Origin: Eubacteriales bacterium
GTDB taxonomy: Bacteria; Bacillota; Clostridia; Oscillospirales; UBA644
DNA length: 64,000 bases
Direction of reading: 5' to 3'
Assembly: GCA_045542115.1 (NCBI GenBank)
Contig: JAZQKK010000014.1
Coordinates: 120,617-184,616, forward strand
The position numbers and the translations under genes are program-made. The number at the start of each line of letters is the position of its first letter. Within the stretch, counting starts at the first letter, position 1. This document shows positions 63,848 to 64,000 of this stretch, piece after piece. The notes under the pieces were generated by a model. It did not search any database. It was not told the DNA's origin and saw only the letters and a list, made by a program, of their open reading frames with translations.

Positions 63848-64000
63848 TTCCTTTGCAATCTCAATCCGATAAACAATTTTGGAAAGGTCTTCCGACGTTT
63901 CGCAATGGGTCTCAAAGCCGGAATTTTTCATTAAATCCACCGTTCGGTTGATGGAATTCAGATACAACCGCAAGTCCCGGCAAAAGCCCTTGCAGAAGGA
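63815..64000 (-). CDS. 3' end of an unidentified minus-strand ORF entering from the right edge
   Basis: My translation reads ...FCKGFCRDLRLYLNSINRTVDLMKNSGFETHCETSEDLSKIVYRIEIAKESGQNQAQLIV-stop (TAG at 63817-63815). It overlaps the + ORF end by 33 nt, so one of the two may be spurious. Confidence 0.2.
   Translation of the reverse strand, partial: SFCKGFCRDLRLYLNSINRTVDLMKNSGFETHCETSEDLSKIVYRIEIAKESGQNQAQLIV

Noticed and set aside
1-64000. Window-wide scan for CRISPR repeats, IS elements and transposases, integrases, reverse transcriptases, toxin-antitoxin pairs, restriction-modification or other defence genes, rRNA, tmRNA, RNase P and SRP RNA.
   Set aside because: None found. Every ORF longer than about 100 aa on the coding strand is accounted for by housekeeping, sporulation, cell-envelope or sugar-metabolism families, and intergenic spacers of 330 bp or less are explained by promoters, terminators and the two leaders reported.

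Overview
The window looks like core chromosome of an endospore-forming Firmicute (Clostridia-type gene order, about 50% GC, dense co-directional operons). I found no rRNA, CRISPR array, transposase, integrase or recognisable defence cassette. Contents, left to right:
- A 12-gene minus-strand operon: asp23, nusB, a TsaD-like paralog, xseA, xseB, ispA, tlyA, nadK, argR, recN.
- The complete spoIIIAA-AH operon, then spoVAC-AD-AE.
- pepP, an endonuclease-IV-like gene and a G1P-dehydrogenase-like gene.
- tRNA-Gln(UUG).
- A 1649-aa LacZ-like GH2 lipoprotein with ricin-type lectin repeats.
- proS.
- An AraC-controlled cassette of two Gfo/Idh/MocA oxidoreductases and a TIM-barrel gene.
- efp, cwlD, hemW, lepA.
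- A few poorly characterised genes (NYN-domain, secreted alpha/alpha-repeat, esterase, DMT transporter).
- tRNA-Thr(CGU).
- rodA/spoVE-like, then an M23 + M50 peptidase pair.
- DUF4364 and a DivIVA-like gene.
- A G5/3D cell-wall protein behind a long structured leader.
- rplM-rpsI, rqcH, nif3, trmK.
- A PrsA-like lipoprotein translationally coupled to an 881-aa triple-LamG membrane protein.
- The TIGR03960/TIGR03936 radical-SAM pair.
- A class-I preQ1 riboswitch in front of queT-galU.
- A mecA-like / response regulator / histidine kinase / aldose-epimerase operon.
- tsaD.

Many canonical TTGACA-17-TATAAT promoters and hairpin terminators are readable directly.

I do not see a clear multi-gene novel system. 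The observations I rank highest:
1. The GH2 giant has essentially every LacZ catalytic residue substituted and is probably a pseudoenzyme or lectin.
2. A GC-balanced nested-helix leader, closed by a 9-bp long-range helix next to the SD of the 3D-domain gene, is a riboswitch candidate of unconfirmed class.
3. A perfect 12-bp palindrome encodes two fully overlapping divergent promoters at the AraC cassette.
4. galU is translationally coupled to a preQ1-riboswitch-controlled queT.
5. The LamG protein has a duplicated KFR(K/R)(V/I)D motif in its cytoplasmic tail.

All homology statements are by-eye motif recognition from memory. No database search was run.
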